From NCBI GenBank assembly GCA_964512655.1, contig CAZEJT010000001.1, forward strand, positions 564,217 through 628,216: a stretch of 64,000 bases of DNA, given 5' to 3'. The notes under the pieces were generated by a model that saw only the letters and a list, made by a program, of their open reading frames with translations, made no database searches and had not been told where the DNA came from. The translations under genes were made by a program, and so were the position numbers. Origin of the DNA: an uncultured Chlorobiaceae bacterium (GTDB lineage Bacteria > Bacteroidota > Ignavibacteria > UBA10030 > SZUA-254). Numbering within the stretch: position 1 is the stretch's first letter; each line of letters begins with the position of its first letter. This document shows, piece by piece, positions 18,156-29,958 of the stretch.

Positions 18156-19303
18156 TCCGTTCGCGGGTAACGCAGCTCCTTCTTGTTCCGGCCGCAATCT
18201 TCGCCGCCGGCATTGCCGCGGCTCAGCCAGCAGGAGCGGGGTCGGTTCAGTCCCCCCGCCCAATACCCGCGATTTCGATTGCCGCATGGGACTCCGGCAC
18301 AGGCGATCTGGGTATCGCGCTCGAATCTTCGTTCACCGGCGCAGGTGCGATCGTGCCGTACGCACGCTCAGGTGTCGGAGCGATTGTCACGCAGGCTACC
18401 GCGAACCCGGAATTCGGCCCCCTGGCCCTCGGCATGCTTTCCCGGGGGCTCGGAGCACGACAGGCTGTGGAGGGACTGATCCAGCAGGACAGCGTGCCCG
18501 TGGTGCGCCAGCTCGGCATCGTTGACGCGCACGGAGGATCATTTGCATCCACGGGGAGCGTCTGCCCGGGTTATGCGGGGAACATCATCGGTAAAGGATA
18601 TGCAGTTTTGGGAAACGGTCTCCCGGGGGAGGGGCCACTGAGAACGTCTGCCCGGGTATTTGAAACTGCCCCCGGGGATCTTGCGGCACGCTTGATTCTG
18701 GCTCTGAAGGCCGGAGAGGCGGCGGGAGGAGTTGCGGGAGGGAGCCGCTCTGCGGCGCTTCTCATAGTAAGAAACAAAGGAGGATACGCGGGCCTCAGCG
18801 ACCGGATGATCGATATACGGGTCGACGAGGACTCTCTCCCAATCGCGACCCTCGAGAGGATTTATTGGAGGAAAGAAGCCGCTCCGCCTCCGCTTCCGCC
18901 GGCCCCCGTGCTCATAGAGGATCGCCTGCGTGCAATCGACCAATTCAACAAGGAGAAGAACTATTCGGCGGCGAGAGAGGAGATGCTGCGCGTCGTCGAC
19001 GAGTATAACGCCCGGCTCCGGGCCCATCCCGACGATCCGCAGCTCCTCAGCAGGGCCGCCTGGAGTCTTTCGACGTACGATATTGATAAAGAGCGCGCAC
19101 TCCAGCTGGCCAAGCGCGCCGCCGCCCTCGCGCCGGGGGATTCACACATGCTCAATACGCTCGCCGAATGTCATTACCGCCTCGGCCATTTCGATGAAGC
19201 CATTTCCATCGAATCGGAGATTGCGGCGAAGGAGCCGGCGAACGACGAATACTGGAAGCAGCTTCAGAAATTCAAGGACGCAAAGCAGAAATCGCTTCGC
19301 TGA
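18146..19303 (+). CDS. DUF1028-family (Ntn-hydrolase-like) secreted protein with C-terminal TPR-like extension
   Basis: Signal peptide. DUF1028 core (GDLGIALESSFTGAGAIVPYARSGVGAIVTQATANPEFGP...GIVDAHGGSFASTGSVCPGYAG...ALKAGEAAGGVAGGSRSAALLIV). C-terminal helical/TPR-like segment. Confidence 0.6.
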   Translation: MQLIRSRVTQLLLVPAAIFAAGIAAAQPAGAGSVQSPRPIPAISIAAWDSGTGDLGIALESSFTGAGAIVPYARSGVGAIVTQATANPEFGPLALGMLSRGLGARQAVEGLIQQDSVPVVRQLGIVDAHGGSFASTGSVCPGYAGNIIGKGYAVLGNGLPGEGPLRTSARVFETAPGDLAARLILALKAGEAAGGVAGGSRSAALLIVRNKGGYAGLSDRMIDIRVDEDSLPIATLERIYWRKEAAPPPLPPAPVLIEDRLRAIDQFNKEKNYSAAREEMLRVVDEYNARLRAHPDDPQLLSRAAWSLSTYDIDKERALQLAKRAAALAPGDSHMLNTLAECHYRLGHFDEAISIESEIAAKEPANDEYWKQLQKFKDAKQKSLR

Positions 19304-19324
19304 CTCCGGGGGCTCGGGTCGGGA

Positions 19325-19837
19325 ATGAAATTCTCTTTTCTCGGCTTTACAATCGTCATTTCGCTCGTGATTCTGCCGTCGTGCAGGCATCGACCGCAGA
19401 ACAGGGAGATCCGTCCCGCCGATGTGCTTCTCCTCGGAATGCGCCCGGGACAGTCCCGCACCGACCTTCTTGCATTCATGCCTTCGCTTGTATGTCAGGG
19501 CAACCTGCCCGACAGCGACGCCTGCTCGTATTACCCCGGTCAGGCCGACCGGAGGGGAAGATTCAGGGGAGTCGATCGGGTACGGTGCGGATTTCGCTCG
19601 GGCGCTCTGAAGCGGATCCGCCTCGAGTACGGCGAAATGCTCGATCTGGAGTTCGCGGCACTCGACGCCGACATCCGGTCCCGCTACGGCGACCGGCCGA
19701 TGGGGAGCATCCCGGATTCCCTTTTCACGCAATGGAGGTACGACTCTCTCGTTGTTTCTCTCACACCGAACCGCCGGCCTCACTGGACCCGACAGCTGAC
19801 GACATACAAACCGGTGCTTGAGATCGTCAGCCGTTAG
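19325..19837 (+). CDS. hypothetical lipoprotein
   Basis: N-terminal MKFSFLGFTIVISLVILPSC lipobox. No recognisable domain. Confidence 0.45.
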   Translation: MKFSFLGFTIVISLVILPSCRHRPQNREIRPADVLLLGMRPGQSRTDLLAFMPSLVCQGNLPDSDACSYYPGQADRRGRFRGVDRVRCGFRSGALKRIRLEYGEMLDLEFAALDADIRSRYGDRPMGSIPDSLFTQWRYDSLVVSLTPNRRPHWTRQLTTYKPVLEIVSR

Positions 19838-19909
19838 CGCCGGCCCCGTTTCCTTGCAACTCTGGGCGGAAATCCATACATTTGCCCAGTACATGTTCAG
19901 TCGATCTCA

Positions 19910-20000
19910 CGGAGAGGTGGGTGAGTGGCTGAAACCAACGGTTTGCTAAACCGTCGTACGGGGTAAACCTGTACCGAGAGTTCAAATCTCTCCCTCTCCG
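19910..20000 (+). tRNA. tRNA-Ser (anticodon GCU), type II
   Basis: Acceptor GGAGAGG/CCTCTCC. Anticodon stem ACGGT/ACCGT with loop TTGCTAA (anticodon GCT). Long variable arm. T-arm GAGAG-TTCAAAT-CTCTC. Discriminator G, CCA not encoded. Confidence 0.8.
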
Positions 20001-20088
20001 CACCCAGCACTTGCAGCGCAAATAGTGGATCTTCTTCAAGACACGCCTTTCATCCCCGTGACCGGGGATTTTTTGTTGCCGGACTATC

Positions 20089-21555
20089 ATGAGTGAGCCG
20101 GGCCGGGTCAGAGTGCGATTCGCCCCCAGCCCCACGGGATACCTTCATGTGGGGGGCTTGAGAACCGCGCTGTACAACTATCTGTACGCCCGAGGCCACG
20201 GAGGCGCGTTTGTTCTTCGCATCGAGGACACGGACCGCTCGCGCTATGTGGAAGGGGCTGTCGACAAGCTCATCGACACGCTTGAGTGGGCCGGACTTGG
20301 TTACGATGAGGGTCCGCGAAAGGGGGGTCCATTCGCGCCGTACGTCCAGTCGGAGCGCCTCGACGCTTACAGCTCGGCGGTTGACGACCTTCTTCGGCGC
20401 GGAGAGGCGTACCGCTGTTTCTGCACTCCTGCCCGCCTCGCGGAGATGAGGAAAGAACAGGAGCGGCTTCGGCTCCCGCCGAAGTATGACCGGAGGTGCC
20501 TGGGCCTGGAGGCGAAAGCGGTAGAGTCGAATCTGGCAGCGAAGCTTCCGTTCGTCGTACGAATGAAGATTCCCGATTCGGTGACCATCACCGTTCCTGA
20601 TTCGATCCGGGGTAACGTGGACTTTTCCTCGGAGAGTCTGGACGATCAAGTCCTGTTGAAATCCGACGGATATCCTACCTACCATCTCGCAAATGTGGTG
20701 GACGACCATCTGATGCAGATCAGTCACGTCATCCGGGGAGAGGAGTGGCTCCCCAGCACGCCCAAGCATCTCATCCTGTACAAGTCGTTCGGCTGGGATG
20801 TCCCCGTGTTCGCACACCTTCCTCTGCTCCTGAATCCCGACCGCTCGAAGCTGAGCAAGAGGCAGGGGGATGTGGCCGTCGAAGAGTACGGGGAGAAGGG
20901 ATACCTCCCTGCGGCGCTGGTGAACTTCGTAGCGCTGCTCGGCTGGAACCCGGGCGACGAGAGGGAGATCTTCTCGCTCGAGGAGCTGGTGCGCGAGTTC
21001 TCGATCGAGCGGGTCGGGAAGGCCGGTGCAATTTTCAATGCCGAGAAGCTGGAGTGGTTGAACGCGCAGCATCTCAGGAAAATGCCCGAGGGCGAACTGA
21101 TCCGCATGTTGAGGGAGCTTCCCGCACTCTCCGGTCGGGATTCATCGCGCTTCAGCGACGAGTATCTTTCGAGCGTGATCCGGTCGATGCGGGAGAGGGT
21201 GACGTTCGTACAAGATTTCATCGAGAAAAGCCCCTACTTTTTCGACGCTCCAGCGACGTACGAACCCGACGCCGTGAAAAAGAGATGGACGAAAGAATCT
21301 CCCGCACAGCTCGAAGCGCTGGCGCGCGAGTTTGAACGCCTGAAATCTTCCGGCGCGGCTGAATTCGAGGATGCGCTCAGGCGTGTCGCCGGGTCAATGG
21401 GTGCGAAGGACGGAGAACTGATCCATGCACTCCGGCTGGCGCTCTCCGGAGTGGGGGGAGGTCCGGGCGTGTTCGAGATCGCTTCAATCCTGGGGAAGGA
21501 TGAATGCATCCGGAGAATCCGAACGGCCATCGGGCGGCTCAGGCCCCCGGCATGA
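20089..21555 (+). CDS. gltX: glutamyl-tRNA synthetase
   Basis: RVRFAPSPTGYLHVGGLRTALYNYLYA (HIGH region) and KLSKR (KMSKS) motifs. Full-length GluRS architecture. Confidence 0.95.
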   Translation: MSEPGRVRVRFAPSPTGYLHVGGLRTALYNYLYARGHGGAFVLRIEDTDRSRYVEGAVDKLIDTLEWAGLGYDEGPRKGGPFAPYVQSERLDAYSSAVDDLLRRGEAYRCFCTPARLAEMRKEQERLRLPPKYDRRCLGLEAKAVESNLAAKLPFVVRMKIPDSVTITVPDSIRGNVDFSSESLDDQVLLKSDGYPTYHLANVVDDHLMQISHVIRGEEWLPSTPKHLILYKSFGWDVPVFAHLPLLLNPDRSKLSKRQGDVAVEEYGEKGYLPAALVNFVALLGWNPGDEREIFSLEELVREFSIERVGKAGAIFNAEKLEWLNAQHLRKMPEGELIRMLRELPALSGRDSSRFSDEYLSSVIRSMRERVTFVQDFIEKSPYFFDAPATYEPDAVKKRWTKESPAQLEALAREFERLKSSGAAEFEDALRRVAGSMGAKDGELIHALRLALSGVGGGPGVFEIASILGKDECIRRIRTAIGRLRPPA

Positions 21556-21567
21556 CGGCTCTATACT

Positions 21568-23265
<1,698 letters not shown>

Positions 23266-23313
23266 CTCTCACGGCGGAAAGACCTATATTTTGAAGGCTT
23301 TACGGGCGGTGGC

Positions 23314-23685
23314 ATGCACTCCGAAGATTTTATCCGAATCCATAACGCTTCCTTCTACGCCTACCATGGGGTCGCGAGCGACGAACAAAACCTCGGCGGA
23401 AAATTTGAAGTTGACGTCGAACTCAGGTGTGATCTCTCGGCAGCGGCGGACAGAGATAGCCTGAAGGTAACCGTCGACTATGAGGCGGTCTATACTGTTA
23501 TCCAAAAGACGGTGACGAGCAAGAAATACTATCTCCTCGAGTCGCTGGCAAAGCATATCACGCGCGGTATCCTCGGCACATTTCCGGCGGTACTCGGCGT
23601 ACGGGTGAGGGTCCGGAAGCCCCATCCCCCGGTCAAGGGAGTCGTGGACTTTGTCGAAGTGGAAGTCTCGGAGGAGCGAAGCTGA
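23314..23685 (+). CDS. folB: dihydroneopterin aldolase
   Basis: DFIRIHNASFYAYHGVASDEQNLGGKFEVDVEL typical FolB N-terminus, ~120 aa. Confidence 0.85.
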   Translation: MHSEDFIRIHNASFYAYHGVASDEQNLGGKFEVDVELRCDLSAAADRDSLKVTVDYEAVYTVIQKTVTSKKYYLLESLAKHITRGILGTFPAVLGVRVRVRKPHPPVKGVVDFVEVEVSEERS

Positions 23686-23688
23686 CTT

Positions 23689-24198
23689 ATGGTCCGGGTC
23701 TTTCTGGGTTTGGGGTCGAATCTCGGCGACAGGGCCGCTCACCTGAGAGAGGGGATGCGGGAGATCAACGAAGTAGCGCCCGTTCTTGCTAACTCCCCGG
23801 TCTATGAGACCGAACCCGTAGGGATGGATTCGGACCGGCCATTCTACAATATGGTGATCGAGGTGGAGACGGGCCTCCGGCCCCCGGAGCTCCTGCGCAC
23901 GTTGAAGACGATCGAACGGAAAGCGGGGAGAAGACACTCGACGCACCTCCTTGACCGCGAGCTCGACATCGACATTCTGCTCTACGAAGGGATCGAATAC
24001 GCCGACGAGAGCGTGAGGGTTCCGCACCCACAGCTCGAGCACCGCAGGTTTGCACTCGAACCGTTCAAGGATATCGCCCCTCTCGTCGTCCACCCGGTCC
24101 GCAACGAGACCATCGCATCTCTCCTCCGCCGCTGCCGCGATCAGAGCCGCGTGGCAAGGACCGGTATAGAGATCGAACCGCTCCATCTCGCCACCTGA
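23689..24198 (+). CDS. folK: 2-amino-4-hydroxy-6-hydroxymethyldihydropteridine pyrophosphokinase (HPPK)
   Basis: VFLGLGSNLGDR start motif and the PHP..EHRRFALEP motif of HPPK. Immediately downstream of folB. Confidence 0.9.
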   Translation: MVRVFLGLGSNLGDRAAHLREGMREINEVAPVLANSPVYETEPVGMDSDRPFYNMVIEVETGLRPPELLRTLKTIERKAGRRHSTHLLDRELDIDILLYEGIEYADESVRVPHPQLEHRRFALEPFKDIAPLVVHPVRNETIASLLRRCRDQSRVARTGIEIEPLHLAT

Positions 24199-24205
24199 AC
24201 AACAC

Positions 24206-24883
24206 GTGAGCGCTTCCCTCGAGACCCTCATCGGCCAGACCGAGATCCGGCACATTGCCATCGAGGGGGTGATCGGAGCCGGAAAGACGAGCATGGCAAA
24301 CCTGTTGGCCGAGCGGCTTCCGGCGCGGCTCGTCCTGGAGCAGTTCGAGGAGAACCCGTTCCTCCCGAAGTTTTACCAGGCGCCGGAGCGGTACGCATTT
24401 CAGACCCAGCTCTTTTTCCTCCTCAGCCGGTACAAACAGCAGCAGCAGCTTGCCCAGTCCGATCTCTTCCACCGGTTTCTCATCACGGACTACATTTTCG
24501 AAAAGGACAAAATCTTCGCCTACCTGAACCTCGAAGACGATGAGCTCAAGCTCTACGAGACAGTGATGGGATCAATCGAACACAACGTTCCTGTTCCCGA
24601 CCTCGTCGTGTACATTCAGTGCAGCGTGGAACGCCTGATGGCGAACATCCGGTCGAGGGGAAGGGCCTACGAGCGGAACATGTCCGAGGAGTACATCCGC
24701 GAGCTCAACGAGGCCTACAACTACTTTTTTTTCCGCTACAAGGCGGCGCCCCTCCTCATCATCAACGCGTCCCAGATCGATTTCGTCCGGAACGACCACG
24801 AGCTGGAGGACCTGATGCGCGAGATGTTCCGCCCCGATAAAGCGGCCGTGGAGTATTACAATCCCGTCGTGCTGAAACCCTGA
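24206..24883 (+). CDS. deoxynucleoside kinase (dAK/dCK/dGK family)
   Basis: P-loop IAIEGVIGAGKTSMANLL plus dNK family ERY/LID motifs (YERNMSEEYI). ~225 aa. Confidence 0.85.
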   Translation: MSASLETLIGQTEIRHIAIEGVIGAGKTSMANLLAERLPARLVLEQFEENPFLPKFYQAPERYAFQTQLFFLLSRYKQQQQLAQSDLFHRFLITDYIFEKDKIFAYLNLEDDELKLYETVMGSIEHNVPVPDLVVYIQCSVERLMANIRSRGRAYERNMSEEYIRELNEAYNYFFFRYKAAPLLIINASQIDFVRNDHELEDLMREMFRPDKAAVEYYNPVVLKP

Positions 24884-24896
24884 AGGATCCCCCCCG

Positions 24897-25097
24897 GTGC
24901 TCCGGTTCATCGTATGGCTGCTGCTCCTCCTCATCGCGACTGTTGTCGTGAGAATGGTACGGCTTGTCATCGGGTGGAAACAGCAGGGAGGCCCGCACGA
25001 TGAGCACGCCGGCGCAGAGGCCCCTCCGATTCCTCCCTTCAGCGACGTGCAGGAAGCCGATTTCGAAGACATCACCCCGAAGAACCCGACGGAATAA
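24897..25097 (+). CDS. possible small membrane protein (66 aa)
   Basis: Single strongly hydrophobic helix ([15 protein letters not shown]) then an acidic tail. Fits the gap between dNK and nadA. No homology support. Confidence 0.25.
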   Translation: MLRFIVWLLLLLIATVVVRMVRLVIGWKQQGGPHDEHAGAEAPPIPPFSDVQEADFEDITPKNPTE

Positions 25098-25176
25098 CCA
25101 GTCCGCGGCAGCGGCGCCCCAGAGAGCGCGCCTGCCATGGTTGATTATCCCAACCCGGTTGAGTATCTTAGGGGAA

Positions 25177-26154
25177 ATGCCGCTCACCGAAGCCGATATT
25201 CTCTCCCCGCATCGGCCCGCAGAGGCCGAAATCCCCGTGAATCTGGAAGATGAGATCGTTCGCCTCAAGGCGGAGCTGAACGCGGTGATCCTGGCCCACT
25301 ATTACCAGGACTCCGAGATTCAGGACCTGGCCGATTTCGTCGGAGACAGCCTCGACCTCTCGCGCCGCGCGGCGGCCACGGATGCCGATATCATCGTCTT
25401 CGCGGGGGTGCATTTCATGGCAGAAACGGCGAAGATCCTTAACCCCGGGAAGCAGGTCCTGCTCCCCGACCTCAACGCCGGCTGCTCGCTGGCAGAAGGG
25501 TGTCCCGCGCCAGAATTCAGGGCGTTCAGGGAGAAGCATCCCGACCATCTTTCGATCACGTACATCAATTGTTCCGCCGAGGTCAAGGCGCTGAGCGACA
25601 TTATTTGCACCTCGAGCAATGCCGAGAAGATCATTCGCCAGATCCCGGATGAGAAGCCGATCCTTTTCGCGCCCGACCGGAATCTGGGGAGGTACCTGAT
25701 GAAAAAAACGGGGAGGAAGATGCTGATCTGGGAGGGGACGTGCATCGTACATGAATCGTTCAGCGAACGGAAGCTTCTGAGTCTCGACTCGCGGTACCCG
25801 CACGCCTCGCTGATTGCGCACCCCGAGTGCGACGAGGTGATCCTCTCGCGGGCGGACTTCGTGGGATCGACGAGCGCTTTGTTGAAGTTCGTTCAGCAAA
25901 GTCCTGAGCGTGAATTCATCGTCGCCACGGAAGCGGGGATCATCCACCAGATGGAAAAGGCCTGCCCCGACAAGGTGTTCATCCCTGCCCCACCGGAGGA
26001 GAGCTGCGCGTGCAATCTCTGCCCCTATATGAAGCTCAACACGATGGAGAAGCTTTACCTGTGCATGCGCGACAGGTCTCCCGAGATTCTGCTCAGCGAA
26101 GGGCTGATCGAGCGGGCCGCCAGGCCTATTCGCCGGATGCTCGAGATGAGCTGA
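25177..26154 (+). CDS. nadA: quinolinate synthase A
   Basis: [31 protein letters not shown] and CxxC near the C-terminus. The track ORF (24964) has a spurious Arg/Pro-rich N-terminal extension, so the start was re-called to ATG at 25177 (MPLTEADIL...). Confidence 0.9.
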   Translation: MPLTEADILSPHRPAEAEIPVNLEDEIVRLKAELNAVILAHYYQDSEIQDLADFVGDSLDLSRRAAATDADIIVFAGVHFMAETAKILNPGKQVLLPDLNAGCSLAEGCPAPEFRAFREKHPDHLSITYINCSAEVKALSDIICTSSNAEKIIRQIPDEKPILFAPDRNLGRYLMKKTGRKMLIWEGTCIVHESFSERKLLSLDSRYPHASLIAHPECDEVILSRADFVGSTSALLKFVQQSPEREFIVATEAGIIHQMEKACPDKVFIPAPPEESCACNLCPYMKLNTMEKLYLCMRDRSPEILLSEGLIERAARPIRRMLEMS

Positions 26155-27367
26155 GTCGCGACTCGTAGTACGCGAAGATCCCGAACGCCCGGGCCGCTTC
26201 TCCCTGGGCATGAACGGTCCCCACCTCATCCACGCCATATCCGTCTTCTCCTCCCGAGGGATTCCAGCCGTTCCGGATGCCGTTGTCCGTCATCCGGTGG
26301 AGAGTCACCGACGCCCTGCCGTGGTGGTTGGTCCAGACGTGATCGAGCATGAGACGGATCTTCGAGAGAATCTCACCCATCTCGCCGGGGGCGAGGGAAT
26401 AGGCGTCGAGGAGAAAGTTGACGAACGCACCGTTACCATCCATCCGGATCTGATAAAAATCCTGCGAGTCGACCCAGCCCGAGGCGGGATCGGTAATCCT
26501 CCTGGCGGTGGCTATCGCAATCGCCCGGTACTTCGGGTCGTTTGTAATCCGGTAGAGAGCGGCGCCGATCGAACAGTATTCCGCCCCTTCCCACGGGAGC
26601 TGCTTCCCAAACGCCGCGAGGCCCGGTTTTCCCTCCCACCGGCCGCCTCCCCTGTATAGTGTCTTTTCGATGCCGGGCGATCTCCCGTCGCCGTTCCAGA
26701 CAAGGAGCGCGTCGTCGAGAAAGGACTGCTCTTCGGTCGCCTCGAAGAGCCTGCACGCAACGGTGACCATCTGGTTCATGTTGCTGTTCGTGAAGACGGG
26801 GGTATTGACCGCCTGATGTGGCGGCCAGGTGTACCAGCTCCAGAAACCCTCGTGATTCGACAGCCGGCCCTCACCTCGCGCCTCGAGATAACGTTTTCTC
26901 GCGTCTTCAACAAGGATGCTGTTCCGCTTTCCCGTAAACTCCCACCATGTAAGCTCTGCAAGGCAGACCCAGGCGCGGTCGTCAACCCAGGTGCCCTCGC
27001 ACATTTTTCTCATGTCGTGATCGATGAGATGAAAGCGCAGGAGTGAGGAATCATGCGTCGCAGCGAAGAGATAGGCGTCGCCGATGGCCCCGTACGCCCC
27101 CTCCCAGCACGGCGTATACACAGCGTGGAAGAGGCCGTCAACCGCGTAGGCCCTCTGAAGCCACGAACGGGCGGCACTCCCTGAGTCAGTTGGCGGCCGG
27201 GGAGGGGGGAGTGCGGATTCCTCAGCGTGCGGTCCGCCGAGTTTCGTCACCATCAGGTACCCACCGGCTCCGGCGCATGCCACGACAAGCACCAGAACGA
27301 GGATGAAGGGGAGACTGGAGGGGCGGGATTTCGGCGGCACTTTCCTGGCGTGCCTGCGACGTTTCAT
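26126..27367 (-). CDS. membrane-anchored (alpha/alpha)6 glycoside hydrolase-like protein (GH76-like)
   Basis: N-terminal TM ([22 protein letters not shown]). Conserved [17 protein letters not shown] (DD-x-x-W-x-x-LA motif of GH76 alpha-1,6-mannanases). Trp-rich helical repeats. Confidence 0.5.
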   Translation of the reverse strand: MKRRRHARKVPPKSRPSSLPFILVLVLVVACAGAGGYLMVTKLGGPHAEESALPPPRPPTDSGSAARSWLQRAYAVDGLFHAVYTPCWEGAYGAIGDAYLFAATHDSSLLRFHLIDHDMRKMCEGTWVDDRAWVCLAELTWWEFTGKRNSILVEDARKRYLEARGEGRLSNHEGFWSWYTWPPHQAVNTPVFTNSNMNQMVTVACRLFEATEEQSFLDDALLVWNGDGRSPGIEKTLYRGGGRWEGKPGLAAFGKQLPWEGAEYCSIGAALYRITNDPKYRAIAIATARRITDPASGWVDSQDFYQIRMDGNGAFVNFLLDAYSLAPGEMGEILSKIRLMLDHVWTNHHGRASVTLHRMTDNGIRNGWNPSGGEDGYGVDEVGTVHAQGEAARAFGIFAYYESRLSSSRASGE

Positions 27368-27452
27368 CGCTCAATATAAGGATTTTTCGGAGCGCGTTTG
27401 GACCGACGCCCCGTTTTGAAAAGTACACCGGAATCACTATCTTTCGGCGAAA

Positions 27453-29069
27453 ATGATTTCACCGCACCGCTCGAAATCCCCGCCCCTGACATTTACCACC
27501 GTCTCCGGCGAGCCGATCGAGGTTCTCTACACTCCTGAGGACATCGCCGAGATCAACTACCTCTCGGACATCGGACATCCAGGGGAATTCCCGTATACCC
27601 GCGGGATACATCGCGACATGTACCGGGGGAAACTGTGGACGATGCGGCAGTTCGCCGGCTTCGGGACTCCCGAGGACACGAACGAGCGGTACCATTATCT
27701 CCTCGGGCACGGGCAAATGGGACTTTCAGTCGCCTTCGACCTACCGACCCTGATGGGCCGTGACGCGGACGATCCGCTCTCGGAAGGCGAGGTGGGTATC
27801 TGCGGCGTCTCGATCAGCTCTCTTGCGGACATGGAGGTGCTCTTCAAGGGGATCCGGCTGGCCGAGATTTCGACGTCGATGACGATAAACGCGCCCGCGG
27901 CGATGCTCCTCGCGCTCTACGTCGCAGTGGCCGAGAACCAGGGGGCAGCGCTCAGGAGTCTCCGCGGCACGATCCAGGCGGATATTCTCAAAGAGTACAT
28001 TGCCCAGAAGGAATGGATTTACCCCCCGCATCCCTCGATGCGGATCATCACCGACATGGTGGAGTATTGTACTCGGGAGATGCCCCAGTGGAACCCGATA
28101 TCAATCTCCGGATACCACATCAGGGAAGCGGGATCGACGGCGGTGCAGGAGCTCGCCTTTACCCTCGCCGACGGTTTCGCGTATGTCGAGGCATGCATGG
28201 AAAAGGGGCTCGACATCGACGAGTTCGCGCCGAGATTATCGTTCTTTTTCAACTCTCATCTCGATTTCTTTGAGGAGATCGCCAAGTACCGGGCGGCGCG
28301 CAGGATCTACGCGAAGCGAATGCGCGACAGATACGGGGCGAAGAATCCCCGCTCATGGATGCTCCGCTTCCACACCCAGACGGCCGGCTGCACGCTGACC
28401 GCCCAGCAGCCCGAGAACAACATCATCAGGACCGCATACCAGGCGCTTGCGGGCGTGCTCGGCGGAACGCAGTCGCTCCACACGAATTCGATGGATGAGA
28501 CTCTCGCGCTTCCCTCGGAAAAAGCTGTGACGATCGCACTCCGGACGCAGCAGATCATCGCCCACGAAACGGGAGTGGTCAACACCGTTGATCCTCTCGC
28601 CGGGAGCTACTTCATCGAATCCCTGACCGACCGGATGGAGCGGGGGGCGGAGGCGTACTTCGAGAAGATCGACGCCCTCGGAGGCGTGATTCCGTCGATC
28701 GAGGCGGGGTTTTTCCAGAGGGAGATCGCCGAGGCGGCATACAGGTACCAACAGGAACTCGACCGGAAAGAGAAGATCATCGTCGGAGTCAACGAGTATG
28801 TCCAGGAAAACGAACAGCTGCAGATCCCGATTCTGCTTATCTCCCCGGAAGTGGAGATAAAACAGCGCAGGCGGATTGCCGAGGTTCGCTCGGGCCGCAG
28901 CGAAACCGAGGCCGCTTCTTCCCTTGATGTGCTCCGGCGCGCGGCTCAGGACGGCTCAAATCTTCTCCCGCCCCTGATCGCCTGTACGCGAGCCTACGTC
29001 ACGCTCGGAGAAATGTGCGGCGCCCTCGCCGAAGTGTTCGGCATCTACGAAGAACCCGCGGTATTCTGA
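27453..29069 (+). CDS. methylmalonyl-CoA mutase family catalytic (large) subunit, lacking a fused B12 domain
   Basis: MCM TIM-barrel substrate domain ([61 protein letters not shown]). It ends before the B12-binding domain, which is encoded separately at 2760..3167. Confidence 0.85.
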   Translation: MISPHRSKSPPLTFTTVSGEPIEVLYTPEDIAEINYLSDIGHPGEFPYTRGIHRDMYRGKLWTMRQFAGFGTPEDTNERYHYLLGHGQMGLSVAFDLPTLMGRDADDPLSEGEVGICGVSISSLADMEVLFKGIRLAEISTSMTINAPAAMLLALYVAVAENQGAALRSLRGTIQADILKEYIAQKEWIYPPHPSMRIITDMVEYCTREMPQWNPISISGYHIREAGSTAVQELAFTLADGFAYVEACMEKGLDIDEFAPRLSFFFNSHLDFFEEIAKYRAARRIYAKRMRDRYGAKNPRSWMLRFHTQTAGCTLTAQQPENNIIRTAYQALAGVLGGTQSLHTNSMDETLALPSEKAVTIALRTQQIIAHETGVVNTVDPLAGSYFIESLTDRMERGAEAYFEKIDALGGVIPSIEAGFFQREIAEAAYRYQQELDRKEKIIVGVNEYVQENEQLQIPILLISPEVEIKQRRRIAEVRSGRSETEAASSLDVLRRAAQDGSNLLPPLIACTRAYVTLGEMCGALAEVFGIYEEPAVF

Positions 29070-29072
29070 CGC

Positions 29073-29954
29073 TTGACAGGGGCGCTCCGCTACACGGTTG
29101 CCTCGACGAGGCCCCAGCAGTGGATCAAGAACCTCTTCCTCTTTGCTGCGCTCATCTTTTCCGGGAACCTGTTCGTCCTGCACGACGTCCTCTTGACGAT
29201 CGGCGGATTCTTCTTCTTCTGCCTTGCAAGCAGCGGCGTCTACCTCTTTAACGACGTTTCCGACCTCGAAAACGACAAGCTTCACCCCGTAAAGTCGCAG
29301 CGCCCTCTCCCGTCGGGAAAGCTTTCTGCTCGCTCTGCCCTGACAGCTTCCGCGCTCCTTGCCGCGGCGGGCTTCACCGGAGGGCTTTATCTCCGGACGG
29401 ACTTCGGGCTTTTGATCCTTCTCTATCTCGCCATCAATGTATTGTATTCCCTGAAGCTTAAGGATATCGTCATCCTCGACGTGATGACGATTTCCGCAGG
29501 TTTCGTGCTGAGGGTCGTGGCGGGGGCCGTGTTGATCGGAGTTCCGACATCGGAATGGCTCATCATCTGCACGCTTCTCCTCTCGCTCTTCCTGGGCTTC
29601 AGCAAGCGGAGGCATGAGCTGACGTACCTCGAGTCGGAGGCCGAGACGCACCGCTCGGTCCTCGCTCACTACAGCCCATACTTTCTCGATCAGATGATCG
29701 GCATCGTCACCGCATCGACCGTCATGTCGTACGCGCTCTACACCATCTCCGACGAAACGGTGCGAAAATTCGGCACCAACCACCTCTATTACACCGTTCC
29801 TTTTGTTCTTTACGGGATTTTTCGTTACTTGTATCTTGTTCATAAGATGGAAGCGGGCGGAAATCCCACGAAGCTTGCGGCGACGGACATTCCGCTTCTG
29901 ATCAATATTGCGCTGTGGATACTCTCCTCGGCGATTATTATTTACGGGAAATAA
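29073..29954 (+). CDS. UbiA-family prenyltransferase, decaprenyl-phosphate phosphoribosyltransferase (DPPR synthase)-like
   Basis: RPQQWIKNLFLFAALIFSG, YLFNDVSDLENDKLHPVKSQRPLPSGKLS (NDxxDxxxD) and about 9 TM helices. Collinear with mycobacterial DPPR synthase. Confidence 0.7.
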   Translation: MTGALRYTVASTRPQQWIKNLFLFAALIFSGNLFVLHDVLLTIGGFFFFCLASSGVYLFNDVSDLENDKLHPVKSQRPLPSGKLSARSALTASALLAAAGFTGGLYLRTDFGLLILLYLAINVLYSLKLKDIVILDVMTISAGFVLRVVAGAVLIGVPTSEWLIICTLLLSLFLGFSKRRHELTYLESEAETHRSVLAHYSPYFLDQMIGIVTASTVMSYALYTISDETVRKFGTNHLYYTVPFVLYGIFRYLYLVHKMEAGGNPTKLAATDIPLLINIALWILSSAIIIYGK

Positions 29955-29958
29955 TCTG

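Noticed and set aside
24964-25176. N-terminal extensions of track ORFs for nadA, and likewise for pnp (42883), rbfA (41268), tdk (to 59590), DUF362 (29908), the TBDR (12949), the T9SS cargo (8069) and the BMP lipoprotein (to 58962)
   Set aside because: The extensions are Arg/Ser/Pro-rich, overlap upstream genes and precede family-typical N-terminal motifs or signal peptides that begin at internal ATGs.
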